DNA of 64,000 nucleotides from Planctomycetaceae bacterium (GTDB lineage: Bacteria > Planctomycetota > Planctomycetia > Planctomycetales > Planctomycetaceae). Numbering within the stretch: the stretch's first letter is position 1; the number at the start of each line of letters is the position of its first letter. The position numbers and the translations under genes were made by a program. The DNA lies in contig JBKECA010000285.1 in the NCBI GenBank assembly GCA_047973435.1, forward strand, positions 575 to 64,574. The letters are read 5' to 3'. The notes under the pieces are model-generated. The model searched no databases, had not been told where the DNA came from, and saw only the letters and a list, made by a program, of their open reading frames with translations. Below are positions 46,658-56,820 of this stretch, piece by piece.

Positions 46658-47125
46658 ATGACTCACCTCCCGCAAACCGTCTGGCGAGCCATGCGGCAGT
46701 CGCTGCTGTGGGTGTGGGCCAGTCCCAACACGCTACTGGGGCTGCTGGTGGGGGGGATCGGACTGCTGAGCGGCGGGACCGCCCAGCGGATGGGCCGGAC
46801 GATTGAGTTTCAGGGGGGCTTTGTCACCTGGAGTCTGTCCCGTCTCGGTCGTGGTGCCAGCGCCATGACACTGGGCCACGTCATTCTGGGGCAAACGTCG
46901 TGGTTGCTGGAGGCCACACGTCGCCACGAATTGGTGCACGTTCGGCAATACGAATACTGGGGACCAGTGTTCCTGCCAGCTTACGGCCTGTGCGCCCTGT
47001 GGCTGCATCTGCGCGGGCGGAACGGCTACTGGGACAACCCCTTTGAACGCCAGGCCTATGCCGAAGCCGCCTGCGGTGAAGAGCCCCGGACTTGCGACGA
47101 TCCGACCCGAGAGGATCGTCGCTGA
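46658..47125 (+). CDS. hypothetical small membrane protein with HExxH motif
   Basis: 155-aa ORF with two hydrophobic segments flanking ATRRHELVHVRQYEYWG. The family is unknown. Confidence 0.45.
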   Translation: MTHLPQTVWRAMRQSLLWVWASPNTLLGLLVGGIGLLSGGTAQRMGRTIEFQGGFVTWSLSRLGRGASAMTLGHVILGQTSWLLEATRRHELVHVRQYEYWGPVFLPAYGLCALWLHLRGRNGYWDNPFERQAYAEAACGEEPRTCDDPTREDRR

Positions 47126-47318
47126 TCCCCGGGGGAGTGGCCCCGGTCGGCGACTGAGGCGAAAGAGTCCGACCGAGAAATGCGGTTCCGATAGGTATCC
47201 TGCAGCGCCCCCGATGGGGATGGGAGGGAAACAGCAGACTGGGTCGGCGCTCGGCTCTCCAAGACGAATCAAACGCGACTGTCAAAAGTCGGTGAATACG
47301 ATCCCCAGAACGGCAGGT

Positions 47319-49943
47319 TCACGTAGTCCGCTCCGACTGAAACGGCCAGTGCAGGCTGAAGTCGATCCGCCGCAGCGCCACGTCCAGCACCAGTAGCAGG
47401 AAGGCCGCGGACAACAGCCACGGCCAAAGCTGCGTCGGACGGGTCGTTGTCCGACCGTCCGCTGCGAACATCGTCTTCGGATCAGGTCGGCAGCGGCCTC
47501 CCGACAGTTCTGCCACGCGCTGGAGCAGTTCGTCGTTGGTCGGGCGAATTCGCAGTTCGTCGCTGTAGCCCACCGTCAAACCCCGCGACTGCCGGTAAAC
47601 CGATTGTCCCTGCTGTTTGACCTCCAATTCGAGGTGGTACGCGCCGGGATGATCGGCGGTAAAGTCGATGCCGTACTGACCGGGAGCAGCCTGGACCAGT
47701 GGAGAGCGTGTCCGTTTGAGACGCGGGTCGATCAGTGTCAGTTCGACGTCGGCACCGTTCATGAACCGGCCCAGGTCGTCGACCGCATCGAGATCGAGAT
47801 GCACGTTCCGACCATTGCGTGTGGTTTTCACCGCAATTCCGCGCGCATCACTTTTTCGCATCGTCTGCCGGATCACCTGCGTCCAGAATTTGCCGAAGCC
47901 GGGCCACGTCATCCATTCGGCCGCCCAGCGACTCTTGGCGTCGGAGGTAAATGCGGACGTCATGCCCAGGCCATATCGCCACCAGGCCAGCAAGGGGTCG
48001 CCGCTCTCCGTGGCCAGAATCACTTCGCACGTTGGCTTGGGGCGTGTAATGACATACCCCAGCAGGAATGGAGCTGAGTCGAGGTCGATCTCCTTGAGGG
48101 CGTGCGTCGCCCGCACCACTTGCGGAATGAACGGCTGCTCGTCGATGGCCGACTTACTGGCGGTGACCGTTTCTTTGGCGAAAATCTGCGGGACCTGCGC
48201 GGGATCGGTTGTGAGGTAGTAGCGTCCCTTCCCGACTCGCGCGATGTTTTCCAGCAGGTCGGAGTCGCAGCCTTCTCCAACGGCCACGGTTGAGACGGTC
48301 ATCTTGCCCGATGACATTGTCTGGGCCATCCCTTCGAAGTCCCCCGGCGAGGAAACGCCGTCGGTCAGCATGATTACATGCTTGAGTTTGGCATTCGCAC
48401 TGGAAAGCAGTTCGTAGGCCATCTCCATGGCGGGGTACATATTGGTCCCCCCACCGGCGTCAATGCGGCCAATATCGTCGTCGATAGCGGCCTTGTTCGT
48501 CGCCCGCTGCATCTCGCTGATGAGGAAGGTCTCCCCATCGAACGCCACCACAGCCACCTGATCACGCTGGCCAAGCAACTCCACCGCGCTGCGGGCGGCG
48601 GACTTGGCCATCTCAATTTTGTCGCCATCCATCGAGCCGGACTTGTCGATCACCAGCACCATCGCCAGAGACGGCTTCTCTTTCTCCTTCTCGAAGTCGG
48701 ATCGGACTGGCAGAATCTCCTCCAGCGTACTCTTGTAGTATCCCCCCAGGCCAAATGACTGTTCGCCTCCCAGCATAATCATCCCGCCCCCCAGCTCCTG
48801 CACGTACGTCCGGGCCATCTCCATCTGCTTTTGCGTCAGCGACGTGGCGGGGACGTTCGATAGAACCAGACACTCGTAATTCTGAAGGTCGGCGAGAGAC
48901 TCGGGCATCCCCTGTGGCGGACGGATATCCGCTTGAATGCCTTCGTCCTCCAGGGCATACGCCAGCTCACGAATCAGATTCGGGTCACTCTCGACGATGA
49001 GCACGCGCGGCTTGCCGGCGGCAAAGACCAGCCCCGAGTCGCTGTTGTTGTCAAGCAGAGAATCCTGCTGCAGCCCAGAGACTCGGACTGCAAACGCCGC
49101 CAGCCGCTCTCGCTCGATCGACTGCTGAAAGCGAAATCGATTCTCTCCCGCCTTGAGTGGCCGCCGCTCGCCCACCACTTTGTGATCGCCGCGATAGACC
49201 TCGATCAACCCTTCATCGTCGTGGTTGGAATGAATCAACACTTCGACGAAAAACGGCTCACCCTCGCGTACTTCCGCCGGAACATTGACTTCGGAAATCT
49301 GCACTTCCGGATCTGTGCGCGTCGGCAGAGGAACGGTGTCGACCGGGATGCCTGATCGCAATGCGGCAGCGGCAGCGTCGCCCAAGGTCTCGTTCCCGTC
49401 GCTCAGCAAGACGATGCGCGGCACGTACCCCGGGGGAATCGACCCTGCTGCCGCCTCCAACGCGGCGGCGATGTCCGTTCCCGCGTCGGCGGAATCAACG
49501 GTCGGTAGCGCTGCGATGGGAGTCGCGGGCTCGGCAGGGGCGCCGTCGTCCATGGAAGACTGATCGACGGGCTTGTCCGACTCGGGACGTGAGTCCAGCA
49601 CCGCGCCCGGTTCGCGTGCGAACGGCAGAAACGCTACCCGATTGGGCCCGGTCTGCCGAAGCGCCGCGTCCAGGGTCTCCCGCACGTGCGCACGGCCCTC
49701 GTCTCCCACACTTAGGCTGTCGTCAATGGCGAACAGGACAAACTGCTCGTCGGTGTCGTGCAGCCACGTCAGTCCCGCCAGAGACAGGACGATCAGGGTC
49801 ACCATGAGTGCCCGCGTTGCCAGCGAAACCAGTCGCTGTCGATGTGGGAAGTCACTGAGACTGCGAACAAAGAAGTACACCAGCCAAGGCAGCGCAAGCG
49901 CCAGCAGCGTCAGCATCCATGGTCTGGTGAATTCAAACGGCAT
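47319..49943 (-). CDS. vWA domain-containing protein with N-terminal double-TM region and GATase1-like middle domain (BatB/BatA-associated large protein)
   Basis: 874-aa ORF with an N-terminal TM pair, the vWA MIDAS LAMVLVIDKSGSMDGDKIEMAKSAA and a C-terminal TM. It is the last gene of the MoxR-DUF58-BatA string. Confidence 0.8.
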   Translation of the reverse strand: MPFEFTRPWMLTLLALALPWLVYFFVRSLSDFPHRQRLVSLATRALMVTLIVLSLAGLTWLHDTDEQFVLFAIDDSLSVGDEGRAHVRETLDAALRQTGPNRVAFLPFAREPGAVLDSRPESDKPVDQSSMDDGAPAEPATPIAALPTVDSADAGTDIAAALEAAAGSIPPGYVPRIVLLSDGNETLGDAAAAALRSGIPVDTVPLPTRTDPEVQISEVNVPAEVREGEPFFVEVLIHSNHDDEGLIEVYRGDHKVVGERRPLKAGENRFRFQQSIERERLAAFAVRVSGLQQDSLLDNNSDSGLVFAAGKPRVLIVESDPNLIRELAYALEDEGIQADIRPPQGMPESLADLQNYECLVLSNVPATSLTQKQMEMARTYVQELGGGMIMLGGEQSFGLGGYYKSTLEEILPVRSDFEKEKEKPSLAMVLVIDKSGSMDGDKIEMAKSAARSAVELLGQRDQVAVVAFDGETFLISEMQRATNKAAIDDDIGRIDAGGGTNMYPAMEMAYELLSSANAKLKHVIMLTDGVSSPGDFEGMAQTMSSGKMTVSTVAVGEGCDSDLLENIARVGKGRYYLTTDPAQVPQIFAKETVTASKSAIDEQPFIPQVVRATHALKEIDLDSAPFLLGYVITRPKPTCEVILATESGDPLLAWWRYGLGMTSAFTSDAKSRWAAEWMTWPGFGKFWTQVIRQTMRKSDARGIAVKTTRNGRNVHLDLDAVDDLGRFMNGADVELTLIDPRLKRTRSPLVQAAPGQYGIDFTADHPGAYHLELEVKQQGQSVYRQSRGLTVGYSDELRIRPTNDELLQRVAELSGGRCRPDPKTMFAADGRTTTRPTQLWPWLLSAAFLLLVLDVALRRIDFSLHWPFQSERTT

Positions 49944-49961
49944 TGGGCTTCCGTCAAAAAG

Positions 49962-52070
49962 TTAGTCGACGAACCGACGCTGATACAGGAACCACTCCAG
50001 CACGGCCACCAGTCCGGCAGCCGCGGCGAGGTAGAACCAGAATGGCCGGGTAAACCACCCCGCGACGAGTGCCGCGTCGGGCCGGCTGGCATCCAGGTGC
50101 TCTGGTGGTCGTAAATCGCTCTCGTCCGCATTCGCCAGGTTGACCGCCAACGACGCCAGGGGAGAACTCTCGGTCTCCGGTTCCTCTGATGGGGCTGCGG
50201 TCCTGCCTGCGACGCCTGCCAGAACTTCGTAAATGCCGACTCGCTCCAACGGGCCCACTGTCAGCGGAAGCGACTCGCGCAGCACGGTTCCGGCATCGTC
50301 ATCGGCTGCCGGAGGCGACAGGTTCTGTAGCCGTCCGGCGGGATCGCGCAGCTGATAAGTCGGTTCACGTCCCACGGTCGTGCTGGGAACGGTGAGCGTC
50401 GCAATGTCCCCAGTCGAAACGGCGCGATTCAACTCTCCACTGGTTCCGGCGAACCAGCCAAGCGCATTGGAAACCAGGATCGGAAACGCAGTCCGAAACG
50501 CGAGGTCCCCCTCCTCCAGATTGACCGTCAGCACGAGACATCGGCCTGCTTCTCGCGGCAGCTCAGCATAGATTGGCTCGCCCGAAACGCTGCCCGCAAG
50601 CACATGCGGTTTCACACTGAACTTGAGCTGGCGGGCCGCAGGCATCAGCACATTGTCCAACCGAACATGCGTCATTAAAGGCGAGTTCTGGTCCTGCTCG
50701 GTGATAATGGGATTCGCCAGCGGCTCTCCCAGAGTCCACAGGTCTGAACTCTCCGTGGGATCGATGACGAGAACTTGCCCTGCCGGCAACTGCGGCGGAA
50801 CAAGCCGATGCAGCACCACCAGCGTTTCCGCCGGCCATTGTTCCGGCAGTTCCTCAACGACTTCAACCGCCACAAGGGGATTGGCCTCGAACACCTTTTC
50901 GAGAAACCAGTTGCCGGGAGAAACAATCAGCACCGTCTGAACCTTCCGCGCCGGCAGAATGGCCGCGGCAATGTCATCCGTTGCTAGCCAGTTCGCGGAC
51001 GATTTGCCGGCGGGGGCGTCGGTGAGTTTCGCGTCCGCGTGCTCCGATTGATTTCCGCCCTCTGCCGCTGGGCCGTCATTACCGGCCGACTGCAGGCGGA
51101 CGTCCACCAGGGTGGCTGTCAATCGTCCCCCCTCCAGCGAGGTCTTCTCGATAGACCGTGTCCAGACTTCGTCTGCAGTCAGTTTCAGCGGCAGAATGTC
51201 AACCGGCAAGCCATCCAGTTCCAACTCGAGCCGACACTCCACGGGCTTGTTCCCTGCGTTTTTGACGACCGTAAGGACCTCGTAGCCAAGCGGATCCAAC
51301 AGGCTGCGCCGCACCTGAAACTGCGTGATTCCGACATTGGCTGCCGGCGTTGCAAAGTAGCGATGCTCAATCGTGATTGCCGATTCCGCAGCGGTCTCGG
51401 AGTCTTCGCCGACACCCGCAGCTGGCTTGTCCAATCCCGTTGAGGCGTCCGGTGACGAACCGGCAATCTCCTCGACCGACTCTCTTTGGCAGCCATCCGT
51501 GAGAACCACAATTTCCCCCTGGGGATGATCTCCAATCAGCCGGCGTCCCAGCTCAATCGCCGGAGTGAGTGCCGTCGGTCCATCGCTCGCCTGTAATTCA
51601 TCTAGCACTCGCCGCAGTGTCGGCAAATGTCCATTCATGCCAACCGCGACTTGTGGTGGGTCCCCCGCCAGGACAATCGCCAATTCGTCCCGGGCGCGTA
51701 GACCCTCCACCTGATCTCGCGCGGCTGCAATGGCCGCGTCAAATCGCGTTGGTTCGATATCCGCCGCCTGCATGCTCGCGGAGCGGTCGATAACCAGAAC
51801 GACGCGTCGCGCCTGCTTGGCCTGCCAGGCAAAGAACGGGTCTGCCACCGCCGAGACCAGCAGGGCCAAAAGCCCCAACTGCAGCAGCAGCGACAGCAGA
51901 TGCCGCAGGTACTGCCAAATCGACCGCGGCGGCTTCTCTTCGTACAGCTGCTTCCAGAAGAGATTTGTCGACACCGGCACCCGCCGTAACCGCACCTTGA
52001 GGATGTATAGCCCTACAATTGGCACAGCAAGTGCCAACCAGAACAGAGCAGATGGTGCGGCGAAGGACAT
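49962..52070 (-). CDS. BatA domain / vWA domain-containing membrane protein
   Basis: 702-aa ORF whose N-terminus MSFAAPSALFWLALAVPIVGLYILKVRLRRVPVSTNLFW matches the BatA N-terminal double-TM pattern, followed by the vWA start VVLVIDRSASMQA. Confidence 0.8.
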   Translation of the reverse strand: MSFAAPSALFWLALAVPIVGLYILKVRLRRVPVSTNLFWKQLYEEKPPRSIWQYLRHLLSLLLQLGLLALLVSAVADPFFAWQAKQARRVVLVIDRSASMQAADIEPTRFDAAIAAARDQVEGLRARDELAIVLAGDPPQVAVGMNGHLPTLRRVLDELQASDGPTALTPAIELGRRLIGDHPQGEIVVLTDGCQRESVEEIAGSSPDASTGLDKPAAGVGEDSETAAESAITIEHRYFATPAANVGITQFQVRRSLLDPLGYEVLTVVKNAGNKPVECRLELELDGLPVDILPLKLTADEVWTRSIEKTSLEGGRLTATLVDVRLQSAGNDGPAAEGGNQSEHADAKLTDAPAGKSSANWLATDDIAAAILPARKVQTVLIVSPGNWFLEKVFEANPLVAVEVVEELPEQWPAETLVVLHRLVPPQLPAGQVLVIDPTESSDLWTLGEPLANPIITEQDQNSPLMTHVRLDNVLMPAARQLKFSVKPHVLAGSVSGEPIYAELPREAGRCLVLTVNLEEGDLAFRTAFPILVSNALGWFAGTSGELNRAVSTGDIATLTVPSTTVGREPTYQLRDPAGRLQNLSPPAADDDAGTVLRESLPLTVGPLERVGIYEVLAGVAGRTAAPSEEPETESSPLASLAVNLANADESDLRPPEHLDASRPDAALVAGWFTRPFWFYLAAAAGLVAVLEWFLYQRRFVD

Positions 52071-52128
52071 GAGATCGGAATTGAGTTTTCAGTAAACAGT
52101 TTTCAACGCTCAGTTTTCAACGCTCAAC

Positions 52129-53034
52129 TCACGCTGCTCGTCCGGATTCACGCATCATCCGGAGGATCAGCTCGTCGAACTTGATCGTCGCCGGACTCTG
52201 CGTGCAGCCCAGACCATAGTTGCGGCAGTAGTCCCGAACCGACTGCTGATGATTCTGGAACAGTTGCCGATACGCGCGGGCATTGCGCTCCGTCACCGTC
52301 ACCTTGCGCAGCGAACCTGTCTCGATGTCTTCCAATTCCACATCCCCCAGGAGCGCCGGGTTCGCCTCTTTGGGATCGTGCAGCTGGACGACATGTCCGT
52401 CGAACCGCCGGTAACGCAGTTGATCCAGCCCGGACTGAAAGCCCCGTTCGTCGTACAAGTCGCTGACCAAAACGGTCATGCCACTACGACGGGACCGATG
52501 CAGCAGCCCTTGAACCGAGCGGGACAGCATGGTGTCGGTTCCGGTAATCCGCTGGGCTTCCAGGAACCGCATCAGCGGCACGATGCGGGCTTTGCCCCGC
52601 GTCAAAGGGAACTCGTCCACCACTTCGTCATTGAAGGACAACACCGTCACGCGGTCCAGATCAGCGAGTGCGATATACGCCAGCGCGGCCACCAGCTGTC
52701 GCGCCAAATCGAACTTCGCCGGTTGACCAAACCCCATGCTGCGGGAACAGTCCAGCATAAAATAGACATGCAGGTCCTGCTCTTCCTGAAATCGCTTGAG
52801 CAGCAGATCTCCATGCCGGGCGTAAACGTTCCAATCCAGATACCGAAAGTCATCTCCCGGGGTATATTCGCGATGGTCTGAAAACTCGATTCCCGATCCC
52901 AGCTGCATCGTTCGACGTTGTGCCAGCAACGACCCCCGGAACACCCGCTTCGAAATGATTGACAGGTACTCGAGTCGAGTCAGGAAATCGGGAGGGAAGA
53001 GCATGCGGGCTGTCGCGATAAGAAGTCGGACCAA
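52129..53034 (-). CDS. DUF58 domain-containing protein
   Basis: Signature HREYTPGDDFRYLDWNVYARHGDLLLKRFQEE and a vWA-like start VYFMLDCSRSMGFG. An alternative ATG lies at 53004. Confidence 0.85.
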   Translation of the reverse strand: MVRLLIATARMLFPPDFLTRLEYLSIISKRVFRGSLLAQRRTMQLGSGIEFSDHREYTPGDDFRYLDWNVYARHGDLLLKRFQEEQDLHVYFMLDCSRSMGFGQPAKFDLARQLVAALAYIALADLDRVTVLSFNDEVVDEFPLTRGKARIVPLMRFLEAQRITGTDTMLSRSVQGLLHRSRRSGMTVLVSDLYDERGFQSGLDQLRYRRFDGHVVQLHDPKEANPALLGDVELEDIETGSLRKVTVTERNARAYRQLFQNHQQSVRDYCRNYGLGCTQSPATIKFDELILRMMRESGRAA

Positions 53035-53111
53035 TTCGAACAGGAATTGAGGACGGAATCGACTCGAACTCTAGACTTGCTGTCAGCGCGGTCTGGCCGC
53101 CGATCACGACG

Positions 53112-54119
53112 CTATGCTGCCAGTGCGTCCTCAGTCAGTCCGGAAATGATCTTCTCAATCACATCGTCGGTGCTGACTCCTTCAGCCTGTCCTTCGAAAT
53201 TCAGAATCATCCGATGCCGCAGGCAGGGGGCCGACATCGCTCGCAGATCGTCTCGGGCGACGTGATAGCGCTCGTCCAGAATGGCCTTGATCTTGGCCCC
53301 CAGGATGAGCGCCTGCAGGCCGCGTGGACTGCTGCCATAGCGAACGAACTGCTTGGTTGGCTGCGGAGCGAGCTCATGTTCGGGATGCGTGGCCAGCACC
53401 AGGGCAATGCCATAGCGCCGAACCTCGTCCGCGATGGGAATCTGCCGCGCCAACGCCGACATCTCCAGAATTCGTTCCCCTGTCAGAACCGCGTCCGCTT
53501 TCTGCGTCGACGTCTCCGTGGTTCGGTCGAGAATCGTTTCCAGATCGCGGGCCGAAGGATATTTGACCAGCAGCTTGCAAAAAAAACGGTCCAGCTGCGC
53601 TTCGGGAAGAGGATAGGTTCCTTCCATCTCCAGCGGATTTTGCGTTGCCATGACGAAGAACGGCTCGCTCAGCCGATGGGATGTTCCCGCCACGGTTATC
53701 GAATGCTCCTGCATCGCCTCCAGCAGCGCCGACTGGGTCTTAGGGGTGGCCCGATTGATTTCGTCGGCGAGCAGCACGTTCGCGAATAGCGGGCCCTCTT
53801 GGAACTGAAACGCCTTGCCACCGTCTGGCGTATCTACCACCACATTCGTTCCGATCAGGTCCGCCGGCATCAAATCAGGTGTGAATTGAATCCGTCGAAA
53901 ACGCAAATGCAGGGCATCGGCCAGTGTGCGAACCGTCAGTGTCTTGCCCAGCCCCGGAACTCCCTCCAGCAAGACATGTCCACCCGCAATCAGGGAAATC
54001 AGCGTGTCGTCAAGAATCTCCTGTTGGCCTACGATAACCTTCGCAATCTCCGCTCGCAGCCGGTTGAAGTCGGCTCGAAACTGATCTAGCTGTTGCTTCA
54101 GCTGGTCGCTCACACTCAT
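53112..54119 (-). CDS. MoxR-family AAA+ ATPase
   Basis: 335-aa ORF with Walker A LLEGVPGLGKTLTVR and Walker B LLADEINRATPKTQSALLEAM. Confidence 0.92.
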   Translation of the reverse strand: MSVSDQLKQQLDQFRADFNRLRAEIAKVIVGQQEILDDTLISLIAGGHVLLEGVPGLGKTLTVRTLADALHLRFRRIQFTPDLMPADLIGTNVVVDTPDGGKAFQFQEGPLFANVLLADEINRATPKTQSALLEAMQEHSITVAGTSHRLSEPFFVMATQNPLEMEGTYPLPEAQLDRFFCKLLVKYPSARDLETILDRTTETSTQKADAVLTGERILEMSALARQIPIADEVRRYGIALVLATHPEHELAPQPTKQFVRYGSSPRGLQALILGAKIKAILDERYHVARDDLRAMSAPCLRHRMILNFEGQAEGVSTDDVIEKIISGLTEDALAA

Positions 54120-54617
54120 GAGATAACTCCGGAGACGGTATGACGGGTTGGTACGAGTTTGCCCGGAGATAGGTCAATTGTCCAGCCTGCAGGTACCGAG
54201 CCCGCTCGCCGTCCGTGTTTGCGGTGTAGGACCGCCGCGACGATGCGGTATTCAACAGTGCCTGAACCCCTCGCATCCCTGCGGCATTCAGACAGCCTCT
54301 CACTGTCGAAGGAAACAATCTTTGCTGTCGCGGCCTGCGCCGTCCGAACAGCCGTTGATCCCTCTGGCAGCCGTGATGCCGGCGCTCATGGCTGACATGG
54401 CTCGCGTCTGTTGTCGACGCGGATCGCGCCGGGCACAGGCCCAAGCTATCTTGTTCGCGTCCGCGTGGAACAATCTCGCCCTGATCGAATCCGGGAGTAT
54501 CGCCCGGGCACGCACTCGAGACGTTGTTCAATTAGCTCAATCGTGGCTGCGCGGGTTGCAGGTTGGGCCGCCGCGATTCACCGGTTGTGCGCAGCAGACG
54601 GAGACTCCGAATGGGCA

Positions 54618-56204
54618 TTACGGTTTCAGCAGCTCGGTAAAGTGGAACCCGTCCACCCGCAGCAGCGTTGCACTGGAGACGATCATTTGCAGGACGAGAA
54701 ACGCCAGCCACAACCGTCGACTGGCCGGCGGCGCAGTCGGTTGGCCTGTTGAATTCGCTGCGGCAAACGCATTGATTGCCGCAGCGACGAGCCAGGGGAG
54801 AATGAGGATCCACAGCCGCGATGCCTCACCCATGTTCTTGCCCGACAGCCACAGCAGCATCCAGACAACGGTAAACGGCACCACCGGCGACGACAGGTAG
54901 TCACGCCAGTTCCGCAGCTGCCGCCAGGCTCCCCATTTGACCAGCGCAACAATGGGCGTACCGGCCGCTAGCGTGATCTCAAGGGGATTTATCAGCAGCC
55001 ACTTCCAGTAGGTCCGTGCATTGTGCTCGTAGAACAGCGCATGGTTGCTCAGGTTCCATTGCCAGACATTCAACAAATTGAGTTCACGGTACCCGAACGC
55101 CGTCATTACCCCCCCCAGTGCGATCAGAAAGCAGCCCAGCAGACAGGCGGCAATGGTCAGCTCATGAGCCACCCGTTCTGTTCGCTGTCGATCGTCGCGC
55201 CGCTCCGCCAGCACATCGCACAGCCACTGCATGCCGATCAGCGCCAGCACGCTCAGAAACGCCAGCGACAACACCATTCCGCCGACAACCACCAGCCCTC
55301 CCAGCACGGCGCACACAACCGTCATCAGGGTGAGTCGCTCGCGGCTGCGGTACCACGCGGCACGAAACATCCATCCGGCCGTCAGTCCAAGGACCGGATA
55401 AAGAACGTCCGACTTCGGCAGAAAGATGGCGACAGAGGGAACGAGCGGCCACAGCACGACCGTCCTCCAGACGGCAGCACGCTCGCTGGACAGTCGCAGA
55501 TAGCGATACATCGGAATCACTACGAGTGCTGCGGCCAGTTGTGTTGCCAGAGTGGCCAGCCACAAACAGGCGGAATCACGTTGGGTGAATTCGGTGCCTC
55601 CCGACTGAACCTGCTGTTCCATCATCTCCAACGTCTGCCGCATGTCTGCCGGCATCGTCGTCTCGGCCAGACGCACCAATCCGGGCCAGCGTTCGCAGGA
55701 GTTGATCAGACCGCAGTACAGCAGTGTCAGCCCTGGGGGGTGCGTTCCGATGTGCAAGTAGTCTCGTTCGGCCAGAAGCTGTTCGTAACCGACCAGAAAC
55801 TCCGCCACGGAGGTCACATCGTACCGGGCCTGCCAGTAGTAGCCCTCGGTTCGACGGTAGTAGAGGACATAAGGGGATTTGCTCAGTCCAACCCCTTCGA
55901 TCGACGCCGACTGCACAGCCCATAGCCAGCTGAACCCGGCTGCCACGAGCGCCAAAAGCCACAACATGGCCTCACCACGCGAAGCGGTGGCCATCCGCCG
56001 GTCGCCCAGCCACGCGAACGTTCCGTAGGCCGCAGCCGCTGCGGTGCAGATCAATCCGCTCCACAGCAGACCCGGCGTCGAATACGACAGCCGCGCCCAG
56101 GTCCATTCACCGGGAACGCCCAGCGGCAGCCAGTCGGTCCACAGCAAGAGGAGACTGGCAACGCTCGTCAACAGCGTCAGGACAATCAGGACCCGGCGGC
56201 TCAC
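54618..56204 (-). CDS. hypothetical polytopic membrane protein
   Basis: 528-aa ORF with at least 10 hydrophobic segments. It resembles glycosyltransferase-C-type or mannosyltransferase-like membrane proteins only in architecture. No motif is secured. Confidence 0.55.
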   Translation of the reverse strand: MSRRVLIVLTLLTSVASLLLLWTDWLPLGVPGEWTWARLSYSTPGLLWSGLICTAAAAAYGTFAWLGDRRMATASRGEAMLWLLALVAAGFSWLWAVQSASIEGVGLSKSPYVLYYRRTEGYYWQARYDVTSVAEFLVGYEQLLAERDYLHIGTHPPGLTLLYCGLINSCERWPGLVRLAETTMPADMRQTLEMMEQQVQSGGTEFTQRDSACLWLATLATQLAAALVVIPMYRYLRLSSERAAVWRTVVLWPLVPSVAIFLPKSDVLYPVLGLTAGWMFRAAWYRSRERLTLMTVVCAVLGGLVVVGGMVLSLAFLSVLALIGMQWLCDVLAERRDDRQRTERVAHELTIAACLLGCFLIALGGVMTAFGYRELNLLNVWQWNLSNHALFYEHNARTYWKWLLINPLEITLAAGTPIVALVKWGAWRQLRNWRDYLSSPVVPFTVVWMLLWLSGKNMGEASRLWILILPWLVAAAINAFAAANSTGQPTAPPASRRLWLAFLVLQMIVSSATLLRVDGFHFTELLKP

Positions 56205-56301
56205 GCGGTGTCTCCCGAGTGGACGCTGTCTATGGCGAGGCCGGAAGCGTCACGGACGCAGGTCTCGGACCATCCCCCCAGACTCGGAAATTCCTTGTCG
56301 G

Positions 56302-56820
56302 TCATGGCTCCTGCTCCACCGGGCCGACGACCTGCACGCGATCGCCAATGCGGATCTCACCCGCTTCGACCACGCGTGCGGTCAGCCCGCCGTGGCCCCG
56401 CATGGCCTGATAACCACCAGGGCCAAGGTTCTCCTCCATTCGCGAGCAGGGATCGCACGATCCGGTTCCCTCCAGCAACACCCCGCCGATCTGAAATCGC
56501 AGGCCCTTCAAGCTCAGGAGATTGATGCCCTCAACGACGATGTTGCGTCGCAACAGTTCGAGGGGAATGGCGTTTTCTCCCACCAGTGCCGCGACCACGG
56601 GGAGATGCTCCGCTTGAAAGAGCGTAACCTGTCGCTTTCCTCCGGGACGGCGTTTGGAGTGATGGTCTCCCTCCAGTCCCGTTCCAGCTTCGGCAGCCAC
56701 CCGGGAGACGGCAGAAATGTTCGAGCGAGACCTGGACGACAGCCCGATCCACTCGACGCGACCAATTTGCGGCACGGAGTGCACCAGCTGCGACAGGAAG
56801 CCTTCGTTGTCGTCCTTCAT
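56302..56820 (-). CDS. MOSC domain-containing protein
   Basis: 172-aa ORF with the MOSC beta-barrel pattern (GDHHS...RQVTLFQAEHL...GSCDPCSRME...GGLTARVVEAGEIRIGD). It overlaps the murD stop by 4 nt. Confidence 0.85.
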   Translation of the reverse strand: MKDDNEGFLSQLVHSVPQIGRVEWIGLSSRSRSNISAVSRVAAEAGTGLEGDHHSKRRPGGKRQVTLFQAEHLPVVAALVGENAIPLELLRRNIVVEGINLLSLKGLRFQIGGVLLEGTGSCDPCSRMEENLGPGGYQAMRGHGGLTARVVEAGEIRIGDRVQVVGPVEQEP

